DNA of 64,000 bases, from the NCBI GenBank assembly GCA_964016885.1, contig OZ024746.1:5084001-5148000 (forward strand). The letters are read 5' to 3'. Origin of the DNA: Eledone cirrhosa (taxonomy: Eukaryota). Both the position numbers and the translations under genes were made by a program. Below are positions 1 to 13,529 of this stretch, piece after piece. Under the pieces are notes generated by a model that made no database searches, was not told where the DNA came from, and saw nothing but the letters and a program-made list of their open reading frames with translations. The first letter of the stretch is position 1; every line of letters starts with the position of its first letter.

Positions 1-178
1 TCATCTCATCTCTCACCTAGGGCGGGTAAATTTCTCTCATTATCGCTGCCATGTCCTGCGTCTCCAAGAGACCAGTGTCTGTCCTTAGGGCATCAACATA
101 TGTTAACCTCGGTCTTCCTCTTCCAGCTAACCCCAGTCTCCTCTGTATCACTTTCGAGCTGACTTTTGGGAGTTCCTC
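1..178 (-). mobile_element. RTE-clade LINE 3' end (C-terminus plus GATGA-type tail)
   Basis: The minus strand translates EELPKVSSKVIQRRLGLAG-RGRPRLTYVDALRTDTGL, a typical RTE C-terminus with an internal deletion. It ends in gagatgagatga. Confidence 0.75.
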
Positions 179-620
179 AGAGCAGGAGAGTTAAGGCGAA
201 AAATATATCGGATGTTGCATTTGCCGACGACATAGTTTTGGTGACAAACACAGTGAAGGAGGCAGAAGATTTGATGCAGGAGGTGGAGACTGTGTCGATG
301 AGTGTGGGGCTGAGAATGAATGAGATTAAGACAAAGTATCTGGTAGAGAATATTATGAAGCCAGAGAAGATTACTAATGTAGGCTGGAAGCTGCTAGAGT
401 TGGTTGAGGACTTCCTGTATCTGGGAGCAAAGATTGGGAACACAGAGAATGATGTGATCGAGAGGAAGAGCAGAGCCTGCGCGGCGTGCCACAGCTTTGT
501 AAAGACCTGAAGATCCGTCTTTTCGTTGCTGTAGTTGAGTCTGTGCTGCTGTACGGGTCTGAGACTTGGACACTGACCAAGAAACTCACACAGCTGGTGG
601 ATGGGTGCTACATGAGAATG
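179..620 (+). mobile_element. RTE-clade reverse transcriptase fragment, inverted relative to the 3' end
   Basis: SRRVKAKNISDVAFADDIVL...GLRMNEIKTKYL...VEDFLYLG, then after a frameshift KIRLFVAVVESVLLYGSETWTLTKKLTQLVDGCY. Confidence 0.85.
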
Positions 621-901
621 TAATACTATCTACAACTCAAAACAGAGAGAAAGGATGTCATTTTGACATTCATTACTCAGGATCGCTTTAAAAAAGCACA
701 TTTCATTTTCTTTTCTTGTAATTTGGACCTTATTTTGGTAGTTTTATTACAGCGTTTCCAATCTGAATATCACCAAACTATCTTTGATACTACGACAACA
801 AATCTATACCCTGATCAATGAAAACCAACAAGCTGAAGAATATATATATATATATATATTTATTTATATATTTATTTATATATTTGTGTGTGTGTGTGAT
901 C

Positions 902-1000
<99 letters not shown>

Positions 1001-1074
1001 TGTATTGGGTTGTAACATAAATTCCCGCCGCTGTTATGAAACCTCTTTATAAAAGAACACCGCGAATTGATGTT

Positions 1075-1122
<48 letters not shown>

Positions 1123-1560
1123 GTATGTATGTATTTATACATACACATACACACAGACACACACACACATAAAAATTCGAATGTACGTCTATGTAATCGG
1201 ATATTTGTATACGTATATTAATTACATTGCTATACATATGCGTATATACACGTATGCATACATATTGATTAAATTATATATATAGATATCTGTATATATG
1301 TATGTGAAAAAAACCACAGACCCTCCATCTCAACTCTACTTTTGAAAAGCAGAAGAACTGCAAAACCGGTAAAGAAACCAAATAAATATATATATTTAAA
1401 AAAAAATAAGACTCCAGTTGCATTTTCGATTTCATCTTTTTTTCTTTATACTTTCACTCGTGTAGGACACCTCGGTTATTTTTCATTTACAGATATATAT
1501 ATATATATCTGTATATATATGTATATATATGTATATATATATATATATATATGTATATAT

Positions 1561-2200
1561 AGATTCGATTTTACTAAATTTCCAATTATATTATTCTCCT
1601 AGATTTAATAATTAACTAATTAATTTAATTACACAATTCCGTTGATTGGTTAATTATTTGTGTTTGTTTTATAACATCTAGTCGAGAGCTTATGATGATT
1701 AGCGGAAATTGAAATATTTCCTTTGTCTAACATTTTGAATGACCCGCCAAAAACCGGGGGTTATTTCCCTTGCTGGAATTAACACGTGACAGCTATAGAT
1801 ACGATACGCTGCACCTAGCAGCAACATTTAGCCTATCACCCCTGTTCTGGGTAGAACGAAAAGCCTGTTGAAAAACTGAATCCTCCGTTCGATCATGAAC
1901 ACCACGAGCTTGCTAGTCACGTAAGTCTGATATTTGATTTCGGATTCAAAGAAACACTTTAAACGTATAACGTTTGATTTGTCCAGGTGTATTTTTCTCA
2001 ACCTGTTAGTTCTATCGTTACTTTGGTATATTATTGTGTGTTAGATTTTGCCTACCACAATGTTCGATTTGTCAAGCTATTTATACGTATGTTATTACCC
2101 TAAGGACCTAACTTATCGAGTGCTTTGCTAACTCATCATTTCATATAAGTAGGCCAAATTTGCTTGCAAACCGCCAGAGATTCGATTTTACTAAATTTCC

Positions 2201-2208
<8 letters not shown>
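1561..2208. mobile_element. Unclassified ~650 bp element with a 31-bp terminal direct repeat, embedded in (TA)n; Penelope pLTR-like
   Basis: agattcgattttactaaatttccaattatat occurs at 1561-1591 and 2178-2208, with TA tracts on both sides. Confidence 0.5.
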
Positions 2209-2280
<72 letters not shown>

Positions 2281-2704
2281 TATGTATACATAACATAATA
2301 AATATTTTTTACACACATTCTAAATTATTAATCAGAGCCCTGCTTCTGAATATGTGAATATACACATATACATATATACACATATACACATATACATATA
2401 TACACACACATGTGCATTTACACGTTCACCACTTTCTTTCTCGCTATTACCGATCATCTACCAAACACACACACAGACAGAGAAACATATACAGATACAA
2501 ACTCACTCACAGCCACACTGAGACACACTCAAATGCATTTACATACACAAACACACAAACACACAAACACACAGACACACTCACACACCCACACATACAG
2601 ACACACACACGCACACACATACACATACACACATACGACCCCCACTCTCTCTTTCTCTCTCTCTCTCACACACACAGACACACACGCCACACACTCACAC
2701 ACAG

Positions 2705-2763
<59 letters not shown>

Positions 2764-3050
2764 CACACACGCCCCTCCCACACATAATGAAAACCAACAG
2801 GAGATCATTGAACATTATTTTACAGGAAGTAATTTCCAGGAATTTTATGAAGACATTTATTAACAGGTCAATACCATTCCAGACAATGGAATTTTATCCC
2901 TTTTCATATTCTTATTTGGAAACGTTAAGCGAATGAAATCTAGAAAAAGGAAGAAAATTAGAAAAAAAAAACGCAGAAAAACAAACAAACAAAAGCATAA
3001 AACAATATAAAAACTGGAAGAACAAGAAAAGAATAAAAATTAATAAATTA

Positions 3051-3236
3051 ATAGTTTCTACTATTGGCACAAGGCCAGCAATTACCTAGTACATTACTGG
3101 TACTTTATTTTATCGACCCCGTAAGGATGAAAGGCAAAGTTAACCTCGGCGAGATTTGAACACAGAATGGCAAGGGCCGTAACTCTATGCTAGAAAGCAT
3201 GGTGTCCGACCCTCTACCAATACTGCCAATCCACCG
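3051..3236 (-). mobile_element. tRNA-derived SINE with Meta-like core
   Basis: The minus strand has an A-box-like tggcagtattggt, a B-box gttcaaatc and the core gccgaggttaactttgcctttcatccttacggggtcgataaaataaagtaccag. The flanking repeat ttaataaattaata is a likely TSD. Confidence 0.8.
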
Positions 3237-3258
3237 TTAATAAATTAATAATGAATTA

Positions 3259-3410
3259 GTGAAGGTGGCAAACGTTCGATAGAATGACTTGTGGTATTAG
3301 TTCCGGCTTTCAGCGATCAGAGTTCAAACCCCGCTTAGATCAACATTGCCTCTCAACCTTTCGAGGTCGATAAAAAACGTAAAATTCCATTACTGGGGTC
3401 GACTATTCCC
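3259..3410 (+). mobile_element. Diverged copy of the same SINE family
   Basis: gagttcaaaccccgc...gcctctcaacctttcgaggtcgataaaa. Confidence 0.55.
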
Positions 3411-3692
3411 CAAGAAGTATTTTTAGATCCTCTCTATCATACCCTGCCCCTCACTTTCTCCTTCTCGGGGATAAATTGACTGTGTTTAGACCTAGAGGTG
3501 AGACAGGCCTCACACGGTTTTTAAAATGTCCAATACACGCCGTATGTCACCATTGCTCTCCTGTAACTCTATACGGAGTCATAGGTCCATACATACAATG
3601 AATTAATAATAAATCAACGATAAAGCAGGTACTTCGTGGGTCATTATGTAGTGTGATACTTCAGAATGTCAAACTACGATATATTCGCAGTT

Positions 3693-3872
3693 TGAGTCCC
3701 AATAGCAGTGAGTAGAGATATGGTCCTGGGGCCAAGAATACCGGAAGTTTCCTCTGGTACAGGCTCAACCACAGACCTATCATGAGTCCCAATAGCAGTG
3801 AGTAGGGATGTGGTCCTGGGGCCAAGAATACCGGAAGTTTCCACTGGTACAGGCTCAACCACAGACCTATCA
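3693..3872 (-). mobile_element. CRE-type RLE fragment duplicated in tandem (2 x 90 bp)
   Basis: Units start at 3693 and 3783. Each encodes DRSVVEPVPxETSGILGPRTxSLLTAIG, homologous to 14310-14400. Confidence 0.7.
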
Positions 3873-4544
3873 GAGAGAGGCCGACATTTGGATAATCTTT
3901 TTAGTAACCAATTAATTTGTTCGTGAAAGTTCAGAATCTTTCTCACTTAAATTTGAGTTATATCCCCTGGCATATTACAAGTATCTTTAGTGATAGTTGA
4001 TTGGTGACAACATTATTTAATTTTACATACATCGAACACAGGATTATCTGCATTAAAATGGGTTTTTTTCTACACGAAATAATTGTTAATCCTTTCAGAA
4101 AACAGATTTCGACAGTTAAGAGCCTGTTAACATTTACAAATAATTAAAGTTATCATCGTAATTGAGTCATTAAGTTTAATGATTAACACTTCAACCAGAA
4201 AGCATTCTTGAGAAGTTTCCCCAGTCAATATTTTAAGCTCATTTAACAGGGGAAGTTTTTCACTAAATAAAACCTATATACTCTTTCAGGCTTCTAAAGC
4301 CTGGTAAGACTATACTTCATTTTTGAGGCCTAATAAAACCGTTGTTGACACCGTATGTACCTATCGTCCGGGACCACGAAGCTGATGACATGTTCTAAAT
4401 GTGTCTTTTAATTAGTTGAAGAATTTTGAAGAATTTACGTCTATCTAGGACTACATTTTCTTACGAGTTTTACTTAAAAAAAACAACAAAAAAAGAAGTG
4501 CGTTATTTTTCAGGGAGTTTCCTTTTAGATATTTGCTATTACGT

Positions 4545-4680
4545 CAAATCCCGCGTATGTTAGCTTTGCCTTTCATCCTTACGGCGTCGATAAAATAAAG
4601 TACCAGTCACACACTTGGGTCGCGTTAATCGATTTCTCCCCTCCACAATCATTAACCTTGTGCCTAAATCAGAAACCAAT
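4545..4680 (+). mobile_element. Meta-core SINE, 5'-truncated
   Basis: caaatcccgcg...ctttgcctttcatccttacggcgtcgataaaataaagtaccag. Confidence 0.7.
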
Positions 4681-4859
4681 ATGTAAAGGCTCTCTTGTTG
4701 TTTCTGAAGTATTGCTTTTTACTTAGAACCACGACAAAACACACAGTGAGGGAGAACCACGACAAAACTGAGAGATAAGAACAGGCCAAAAATGAGGGAT
4801 AGGAACATGACAAGAGATAATTTTCTCTAAAAAATAATTTCATTTTATTCGTGGATGCA

Positions 4860-5200
4860 AATATTGGTTTTCTTCTCTGGCATCTTCTTCAATCTTTAGA
4901 CCACTCCCAGTTTCGTCTCTTTCTAGATATATTCTTTTGATGTCAGCCTGCAGATAGTGTATGCTAACTATATGATTCCATATAGTTGTTTAGTACTTCA
5001 CAATATAGTCTTTCTTTCAATATTATACCAGAGAAACAGACAGCTGCAGCTGCATATCTATTTGATGTACTAAGCCTATGTTTCTTTCTCCTCTTTCCTC
5101 ATCTGCAGTAATTCCTTCTGGACACTCTGTCGGTCTTTGATCTTAATTGTGTTCCTTTGAAATATATCCACCTATTTATAGCATTTCTTCAGGATTTTTA
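4860..5200 (-). mobile_element. Degraded R4/Dong-like LINE fragment
   Basis: The minus strand gives QADIKRIYLERDETGSGLKIEE, resembling the ADxxRLYxxRxxGGRGL motif. Confidence 0.4.
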
Positions 5201-5355
5201 GATCCTATAGTCATTTATTGGAGAATTTTATTATTATTTGTAGTTAATAAAGACATCATCATCATCATCATCATCATCATTATGTATACACTCACATACA
5301 CACAGGAATATACATAGATACACACACACACCAAGTTGTAAGCTAAGCACACGCT

Positions 5356-5426
<71 letters not shown>

Positions 5427-6375
5427 GTATAAAGATAAATATGTGTATAAAATGTAGATGTGTATATAAAATGTAAACGTTTTTAGTATATAGACATGTA
5501 AATGTGTCAAATATACGTATTTCCCTGTAATATGATAAACACGCATAGTTGGACTCTCATCAGAAGATATGGATACCATCTAAATACACCCAGGAAATAT
5601 ATAACAGAGTGCCTTATAAACCATATCACTGATTCTGAATAAATGAGTGGTACTAAGCTCATATTAATACCGCCCTACTATTTCACTCTCCAAAACACCA
5701 GATAAATGCGAAAGAGCTGTGTTCAAATGAGGTGTGCGTTGAAGTCAGCTTCTGGCATTTCATTTTCTTTTCTGAACAGAACACTTAATTAAATTTTGCT
5801 TCAGTTCCGCTAACTTTGGAAAACACGTGGAGAACACGTACCTGATCGTGAGGACATATCATCTAAGAGAGACTGGCATCATGTTGAGAAGGATGTTTTA
5901 TTTCATACCTGTTGCAGTCGATGAAACTGAAGCCAAGTACAGTATCCCAGTGACTGTTGAAGCTTACCAAACACTTTGTTCAGTTCTTCATTATCGGAAC
6001 TGTAACGCGACATTTGCTGTCGTATTTCTGTCAACAATGAACTTGCAACAGTTCAAACTAAACACTAAAAATATTAATTTTCCTTTATTCAAATCTTTTA
6101 GTCAAAGAGAGTCAACAAGAGCCAAAGATATTAAATTCTTCCCAACTCTGTTTTCTTCTCTTCAGTCCTTTCATCATCTCTCGTCTTTTATTTCGCTACG
6201 TCAGATTAATAAAGTATCTGTACCCAGGTCGGAGATGAACAACGAAAGATCTTTGATACTTAATATATAACAAAACTATAACAAAACAAGACACAAGGGA
6301 ATATAAAGACATTTGCATGTTTTAAATAGGTAATATAACTCTTGAACAGTTTCTCTTACAATATATAGTTTATAA

Positions 6376-6532
6376 TTCATGGATATTACGCCGTTGGAGA
6401 CGGTTGTTTCTGACAGGATATACTGGGAAGAGTGTTTGAGGACTCTGTCACCACGACTCTCTCAGGAGGAGGAGGAGGAGGAGGAGGAGGAAGAAGAAGA
6501 AGAAGAAGAAGAAGAAGAAGAAGAAGAAGAAG

Positions 6533-6595
<63 letters not shown>

Positions 6596-6610
6596 AGTAG
6601 TAGTAGTTAC
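6376..6610 (+). mobile_element. RTE-like 3' terminus with a compound (GAG)n(GAA)n(GTA)n tail
   Basis: LETVVSDRIYWEECLRTLSPR runs directly into trinucleotide tracts. Confidence 0.5.
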
Positions 6611-6870
6611 ACTGATAAGACATACATTATAATGAAATTGAAACTTTGGGATTCGAATTCAACCAAAAGTTAAGAGTGAAAAGTATCTGATCGGAAATCC
6701 TTGTCATCATGCTTGTAGTTGTTATTGGTAGTAAATAAAGATCGATTGAAAACAAGAGAAAACATTTCTAAAAATATATATTGTTGTCTGAAGATCGCAA
6801 TATCTTAATTGCAATGACGAATAGTGTTTTGTCTAATTATGTTAAGCATAGGAAAGATGTAATGGAAGCT

Positions 6871-6939
<69 letters not shown>

Positions 6940-7429
6940 GAAGAGAGAAGAAACATTTAGATATAATTAGTAATAAAATGTATCATACCTAAACTGCTCC
7001 TAAATTCCTCGACTACGTAGTTTCGTGGCATAAACAAAAACAATATATCATAAAGATATAGAGTCCTTGCGAGGTCTGCCGACTTATCAAGAGGATACCT
7101 CATTTTACTAGTCTCAAGAACGCGTCTATACGACGTGAGAAAGAATCCCAAAAGGCGGAGGGGGAGATAGTCACGCGATATAACGGTCGAGAAACAGAGC
7201 TAAGCCTCTTATAACCCCGAAGAAAATACCACGGAGGCGGAGGGGGTATTTATATCGAGGCCGTAGAAGAGGTGGTGAAGAAGGCGAGAAGTATGAGTAA
7301 TGGAAGCTTTCCAGCTGTCCCCACACTTCAAAGATTGCTCGACCAGAGGGAGTTATTAACAATATATTTAGAAACACACAGATACATGCGGACACACGTG
7401 TGTGTCCGCATGTATCTGTGTGTTTCTAA

Positions 7430-7484
<55 letters not shown>

Positions 7485-7560
7485 TTGATATAGAAAAGCT
7501 TCTACAGGACTAGAACTGTTTCATTCGTGAGAATGGTTACCCCCGATTGAACCCGGAATA

Positions 7561-7650
<90 letters not shown>

Positions 7651-7923
7651 CCAAACCAGATCCGCCATTCAAGAGAAGCAAAGTTTGAGATTTTCTATGA
7701 AACTATGTTAAACACACACATAAATATAAATTATTTAAGTGAGATGTGAAAATGATAAAAACAGGATATCTAACATAATCGATGGAATGTAAGAAAGAGG
7801 AAAGGATCGAAGCAAACTTAGGAACCAAATCTATTTATTAATTAATCTGCAATCTCTCACTCTCTCCCCTCACTTCCATTTGTTCTTCTGTCTTTTGTCT
7901 CATCGGAGTGAAAGCAATAATAA

Positions 7924-8278
7924 TAATTGTTTCTACTTTTGACACAAGGCCAGCAATTACCCAGGACATTACTGGTACTTTATTCTATCGACCCTGGAAG
8001 GATGAAAGGCAAAGTTAACCTCGGCAGGATTTGAACTCAGACCGTAAAGGGCCGTAACTCTACTGATACTGCCAATCCATAATTATAATAATTGGTTCTA
8101 CTTTTGGCACAAGGCCAGCAATTTTAGTGCGTCTCTGGTACTTTATTTTATCGACCCCATAAGGATGGAAGGCAAAGCTGGCTTCGGCAGGATTTGAACT
8201 CAGAACGTAAAGGGTAGTAACTCTATGCCACAAAGCATATTGTCCGACGCTCTACTGATTACTGCCAATCCACCGCCC
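7924..8278 (-). mobile_element. Two tandem Meta-core SINE copies (7924-8079, 8088-8278)
   Basis: Both align to 3051-3236. Confidence 0.8.
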
Positions 8279-9052
8279 TTATAATAATAATACTGAAATA
8301 ATAATATCATTATTAATATCAATATTAATGATCGAAACAATAATATCAGTGAAAACAACAACAACAACAGCAACAACAATAACAACATAATAACAACAGC
8401 AACAACAACAGTAACAACAATAACAACATAATAACAGCAACAACAACAACAACAACAACAACAGTAATAATAATTGAAATGTATATTTGAAGTATAATTG
8501 TAATTTAAAGGAAGAATGAAGATAAGGCATTGGTATTTATATGTGATTGATCTTTACTGATGTATATAGATTGGAAATCACACACATACATACATACACA
8601 TACATATACATACATATACATACACACATATATACATACACCTACAGACACATACATACACACACTCATACATACACACACTCATACATACACATATATA
8701 CACATACACCTACAGACATACATACACACACTCATACATACACACACTCATACACATATATACACATACACCTACAGACACATACATACATACACACTCA
8801 TACATACACATACACACACAGACACACACATACACACATATATATATACACATACAGACACATACATACACAGGCATACACACACACTCATACATACACA
8901 CACAAACACATTCTCACACACAAACGCACGCATATGTATGCCATACTCACACAAGCACACACAGATATATACATACATATATACGCAGACATGTATGTAA
9001 CTACTGAAGATCATAACTACTTCTACTACTACTATTACTACTACTGCTACTG

Positions 9053-9098
<46 letters not shown>

Positions 9099-10379
9099 AC
9101 ACACACACACATATATATATATACGAACATGTAAACTCATACACATACATTCACATTGACACACACTCACAAATTTACGTATACCGAAAAAGTGATAAAT
9201 AAACCGCTCATTCATGCATATATATACATTCAGCCACACACGCACACACGCACATACGCCCTCCCCCACACCTACACCCCCACACACTCACACACACAGA
9301 CACACGTATTTATATATTTAAACAAACGTATGTATTTACATAGATACATATATCGAATACAAAATATTTTTTTGAAATAAAACTTCTGATTGGATAGCTG
9401 TATGACAGATCAATAATGATCTATATATGCAGAAAATGATAGAAAAAGATGCCAGTACAATTGAGCTATGAAAAATAATTCAAACTAAGACCAATTAAGA
9501 TAGCGAAATAGTTTGTTACTCGTTGAAAAACTAGTATAATAAATAAATATATTAGTTCCTGTGACAAGTGTTTTCTTTTTCCCCTTTACGCAGTCCTATC
9601 GAAAGATTACTCTATCTACACTGCAAGCGCATGTATCTATCGAAGACGTTGGAAGTAATGGAAACAGGCTTTTTAAAAAACTAGGTAAAAGGTGAGAAAA
9701 TATTCGTGAAATAGAAATAAATAGTTATGTTTTTTCTCAGAGCAACATGTGCGGCAGCAAAAGTGAAAAGAAATGCCTGCAATTGTGAATTGAAAGTTCA
9801 GTCGACTGAGCACTTGCATCCTATTGTCTTTTAATGTTTCAAACACAGAGAAATTAATATCAAAACAGTCTCTGGCGGGATTTGAAATTAGAATCTGGAT
9901 AGTTGAAACTAAATATTGATTATGTTTAGCAGCAGGTCAACCATGATCGAACGAACATATGATCAAAGTCTCACTAACTTTGACCAAACTCATTTTGTGA
10001 GTATGTATGACTAAATTACTAAATGTGTCCTGTTATTATATACAAGAAGTTATGGCGTGATTTTATAGGGATTTGACTTTCATTTCTAACAAGTATAATT
10101 ACCGCGGAGAAGGACGCTTACATAGGTATAGCCCCGATTTATGTGAAGAAAGATTACAGTGGATAGATTCGTTAATCTGGAATATAGACAAACAATCAAC
10201 TGTGATGCACTCTGGCTAAATGAACTACGTAAGGCGTAGTGCGTAAACTCTCGTAAAACATACATCATCAGCGGAGTTCTTCAAACGGTTGTTACAAAAA
10301 CTGCCGAATGGAAAACCACCTGCGGGAGACTTAATAGTAGGTTACTTGTATAAGAAGCTTAGGTTTTACTAGATAGCTC

Positions 10380-11318
10380 TGGTTAAGATGGCTGCTGAAC
10401 TTAATGTACCAGATTGACTCGTAGTTAATAGCCAAGAAATAGAAAATTGACACGACCATAATATTGCTAAAAGGTCATGAATAAATTGTACATGTGTCGT
10501 TTAAATGTGTTTCTAGAAGACTACTGCCAAATAAATAATTGTTTCTACTTTTGGCACAAGGCCAGCAATTACCCAGTGCATTACTGGTACTTTATTTTAT
10601 CGACTCCGTAAGGATGAAAGGCAAAGTTAACCTCGGCGGGATTTGAACTCAGACCATAAAGGGCTGTAACTCTATGCTGCAAAGCATGGCGTCCGGCCCT
10701 CTACCGATACTGCCAATACACCGCCAAATAAATAATGTGGTGAAAGAAGAGGTCTGAGGCTGTGTTGAGCAATTTTTCATTAATAAAACTTTCCTCAAAG
10801 AAATGAAGCAGCATCACCGCAATTTACTCATAGGTACTAGAGTAATCACACCTTAAGTTCCATCTTGTTGAATTACTGTCTACTCAGCTGTCTTTAAAGC
10901 CTAAAATAACAACAGTAACAACTGTAGTGTTGGGAAGAATGTGATTATGGTTAGAAATATCACAGAATGACGGCTTATCTGTAATACTGTTCATGTTGTC
11001 AGTGAAACTCCTTGTCGAGGAAATGTCAAAGTTATGTGTTAGGTACTTCAGATGGACGGTTAATGTCACACCATTTCATCGACGACGTTAAACTATATAT
11101 GTGTAATATTTACAACACCAAGAAACAGTTAGAGCTGGTTACAGCATTCTCACGTGACATAGGAATGGATTTTAGTCAGAACAAGTGGTCATATTTGGTT
11201 GTCAACCTGGTGAAAATTATAGACCAGGCAAAGAATATAGATAGATATAAATGACATGACTATCTCTTCTATCTTCACTGGTGAAGGCTACAACTATTTT
11301 GGAATTTATGGGAATGCT
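10380..11318 (+). mobile_element. Degraded R4/Dong-like RT region, interrupted by a SINE
   Basis: Fragments GCVEQFFINKTFLKE, SHHFIDDVKLY, QLELVTAFSRDIGMDFSQNK and YNYFGI. It ends in (TACA)n. Confidence 0.6.
10540..10724 (-). mobile_element. Meta-core SINE with TSD
   Basis: Full-length copy. gccaaataaataat is present at 10526-10539 and 10723-10736. Confidence 0.85.
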
Positions 11319-11393
11319 ACATACATACATACGTACATACATATGCGTACATACATACGTATATACATACATACATACGTACATACATACACA

Positions 11394-11663
11394 AGACCTG
11401 AAAAATGCGCAAGCTCAAAAGAGCCACAGAATGTTATAATAAACCTTCAAAAGTGTGGGACTAGAGTTGTTGCTCAAAAATATTGTAATCATTATTTATC
11501 GTACACTCTATATGTATTTATTGTGATATTTTTATAAAGGATGCCACAGTGTGTACGATAGATAATGATTACAATATTTTTGAGCAACAACTCTAGTCCC
11601 ACACTTTTGAAGGTTTATTATAACATTCTGTGGCTCTTTTGAGCTTGCGCATTTTTCAGGTCT
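11394..11663. repeat. Inverted repeat, 113-bp arms, 44-bp spacer
   Basis: 11394-11506 versus the reverse complement of 11551-11663 shows 1 mismatch. Confidence 0.9.
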
Positions 11664-13529
11664 AGTTTAATATTTTTTTAAGGCAATGCTTGTAATAACT
11701 TTAGTTAAACATGATATATATTAATAATAAATTATCGTTTTAATCTAATTAGATTATATAATTGTTATTTTATAAATGATCTTATAAATATTATTGTAAG
11801 ATGTATAAAAATATTTTCAGACTTTTAATATAAACAACTACAAAAAACAATCAATATTAAATAAATATATTTTACATAATAATTGTTATAGTTGAATTAA
11901 TAAAAATTAAATATTATATACAAATAGTCTAACAATAATAAAAAAAATAATCTAACATAATAATAATAAAATAATCTAACATAAAACGAACAATAATATG
12001 GACAAATATACAAGTAAATATGATACAACCAATATTATAAGCATGTTATAACGAACTGAAAAAAAAAATAGTTAATATAAATTAAAAAATTCATATATAA
12101 ATTAACAATATAACTTACCAAAACGAGAAAAATATTTTGATGTTAAACAACGAAGTACAGGAAAGCGAAACGATAAATAAACGTGCAAACAAAATGGCGG
12201 ATGCTTTTGAGCAACAATTACTCTCATTGGTTGATTAGCCAATAAGACGATGAAATTAGCCAATAAGACGATACATTACAAAACATGTTTGGCAGCGATC
12301 ACCACGGCCAGCGACACCCCTTGACATTTTTATTCACAAGCTACACATATATGTCAGAGACTCAGACTTAAAACATTCTGTTATTAGTCACTGCGTGTCT
12401 AACAGATACGTACGTAATACACATACAAACATACATACACATAAATATACATACATACAAACATACGTACATACATACGTACATACATACGTACATACAT
12501 ACGTACGTACATACATACGTACATACATACGTACAGATATACCTACAGGCACATGTGCAGTTTCAGTCTGCTAAATCCACGTACAATGTCAAGTCGAAGC
12601 TATGGTAGAAGAAATTTAAGTTGCTATGCAATGTGAACGACCCTGGTAACATGTGGTTATGAATTGAATGCCTGCATAACCATGTCTGCAGTCTTTTGAT
12701 AAACAGAAAATTCTTTGACTCAACCAATTGTAATTCTACCAAGAATATACAAAGAAGATTCTTTTAATCTTAACCTATCATTTCATAGATCGATTCCCTC
12801 TTGGTACTTAATAATAAAATCTTCAATATGTTCTTTAAACTAAACATAAAAAAATATATTTTCCCTCGATCAAATAATTAGTTTAGTTAGAAGCGGTATT
12901 TTACAAAATAGTTAAAAGGTTCCAGATTCTCATAAACGAATCCAATTTCATGTGGCATTTGCTTTGTCATTGGGTCTTTTGAAAATAAAATTTCCACGAT
13001 CAATATAGGACAAAAGCTTATTTGTAAACCGTTTATTGATTTATTCTAAATCACTTACTTGGCCAAGACTAAAGCAATAAGTGTTTCTTTACAACTGACT
13101 GGACATCTCTTCCTACCAATCAAATATAAACCTTTTACTTTGTAAAATTCTCGAAATGTTATCGTATTTTTCTATTGCAGATTTTGACAGATGTCAAATA
13201 TTGATTTCTCTTGAACAAGCCAACAGCCATAGTCAATTGAACTGCCCCTCAGTGTGATGCTGATATGCATTTTATCACATTCAAAATTATATGTAAAATC
13301 TCCAGAGATGTAAAATCTCCAGATATGTAACATTTTCCAGAAGGAAAAATGTTTTTAATAGTTTAGTCTGAGAAGATGAGCAGCGCCCATGGTCTTTTTT
13401 TAGCGCCTCCGAAATTGTAGAGTGTAAGGATGGAATTTATTTTCAGATTAGATACAGGGTGGGAGAAATTGTAAATGTTGACAATGTAGTTTCGTTCTCA
13501 AACGGAAGCTATTTCTATTTATATATTAC

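Noticed and set aside
5827-6270. 147-aa ORF in unique sequence
   Set aside because: It has a non-ATG start and no recognisable motif, and the splice signals on both strands are ambiguous.
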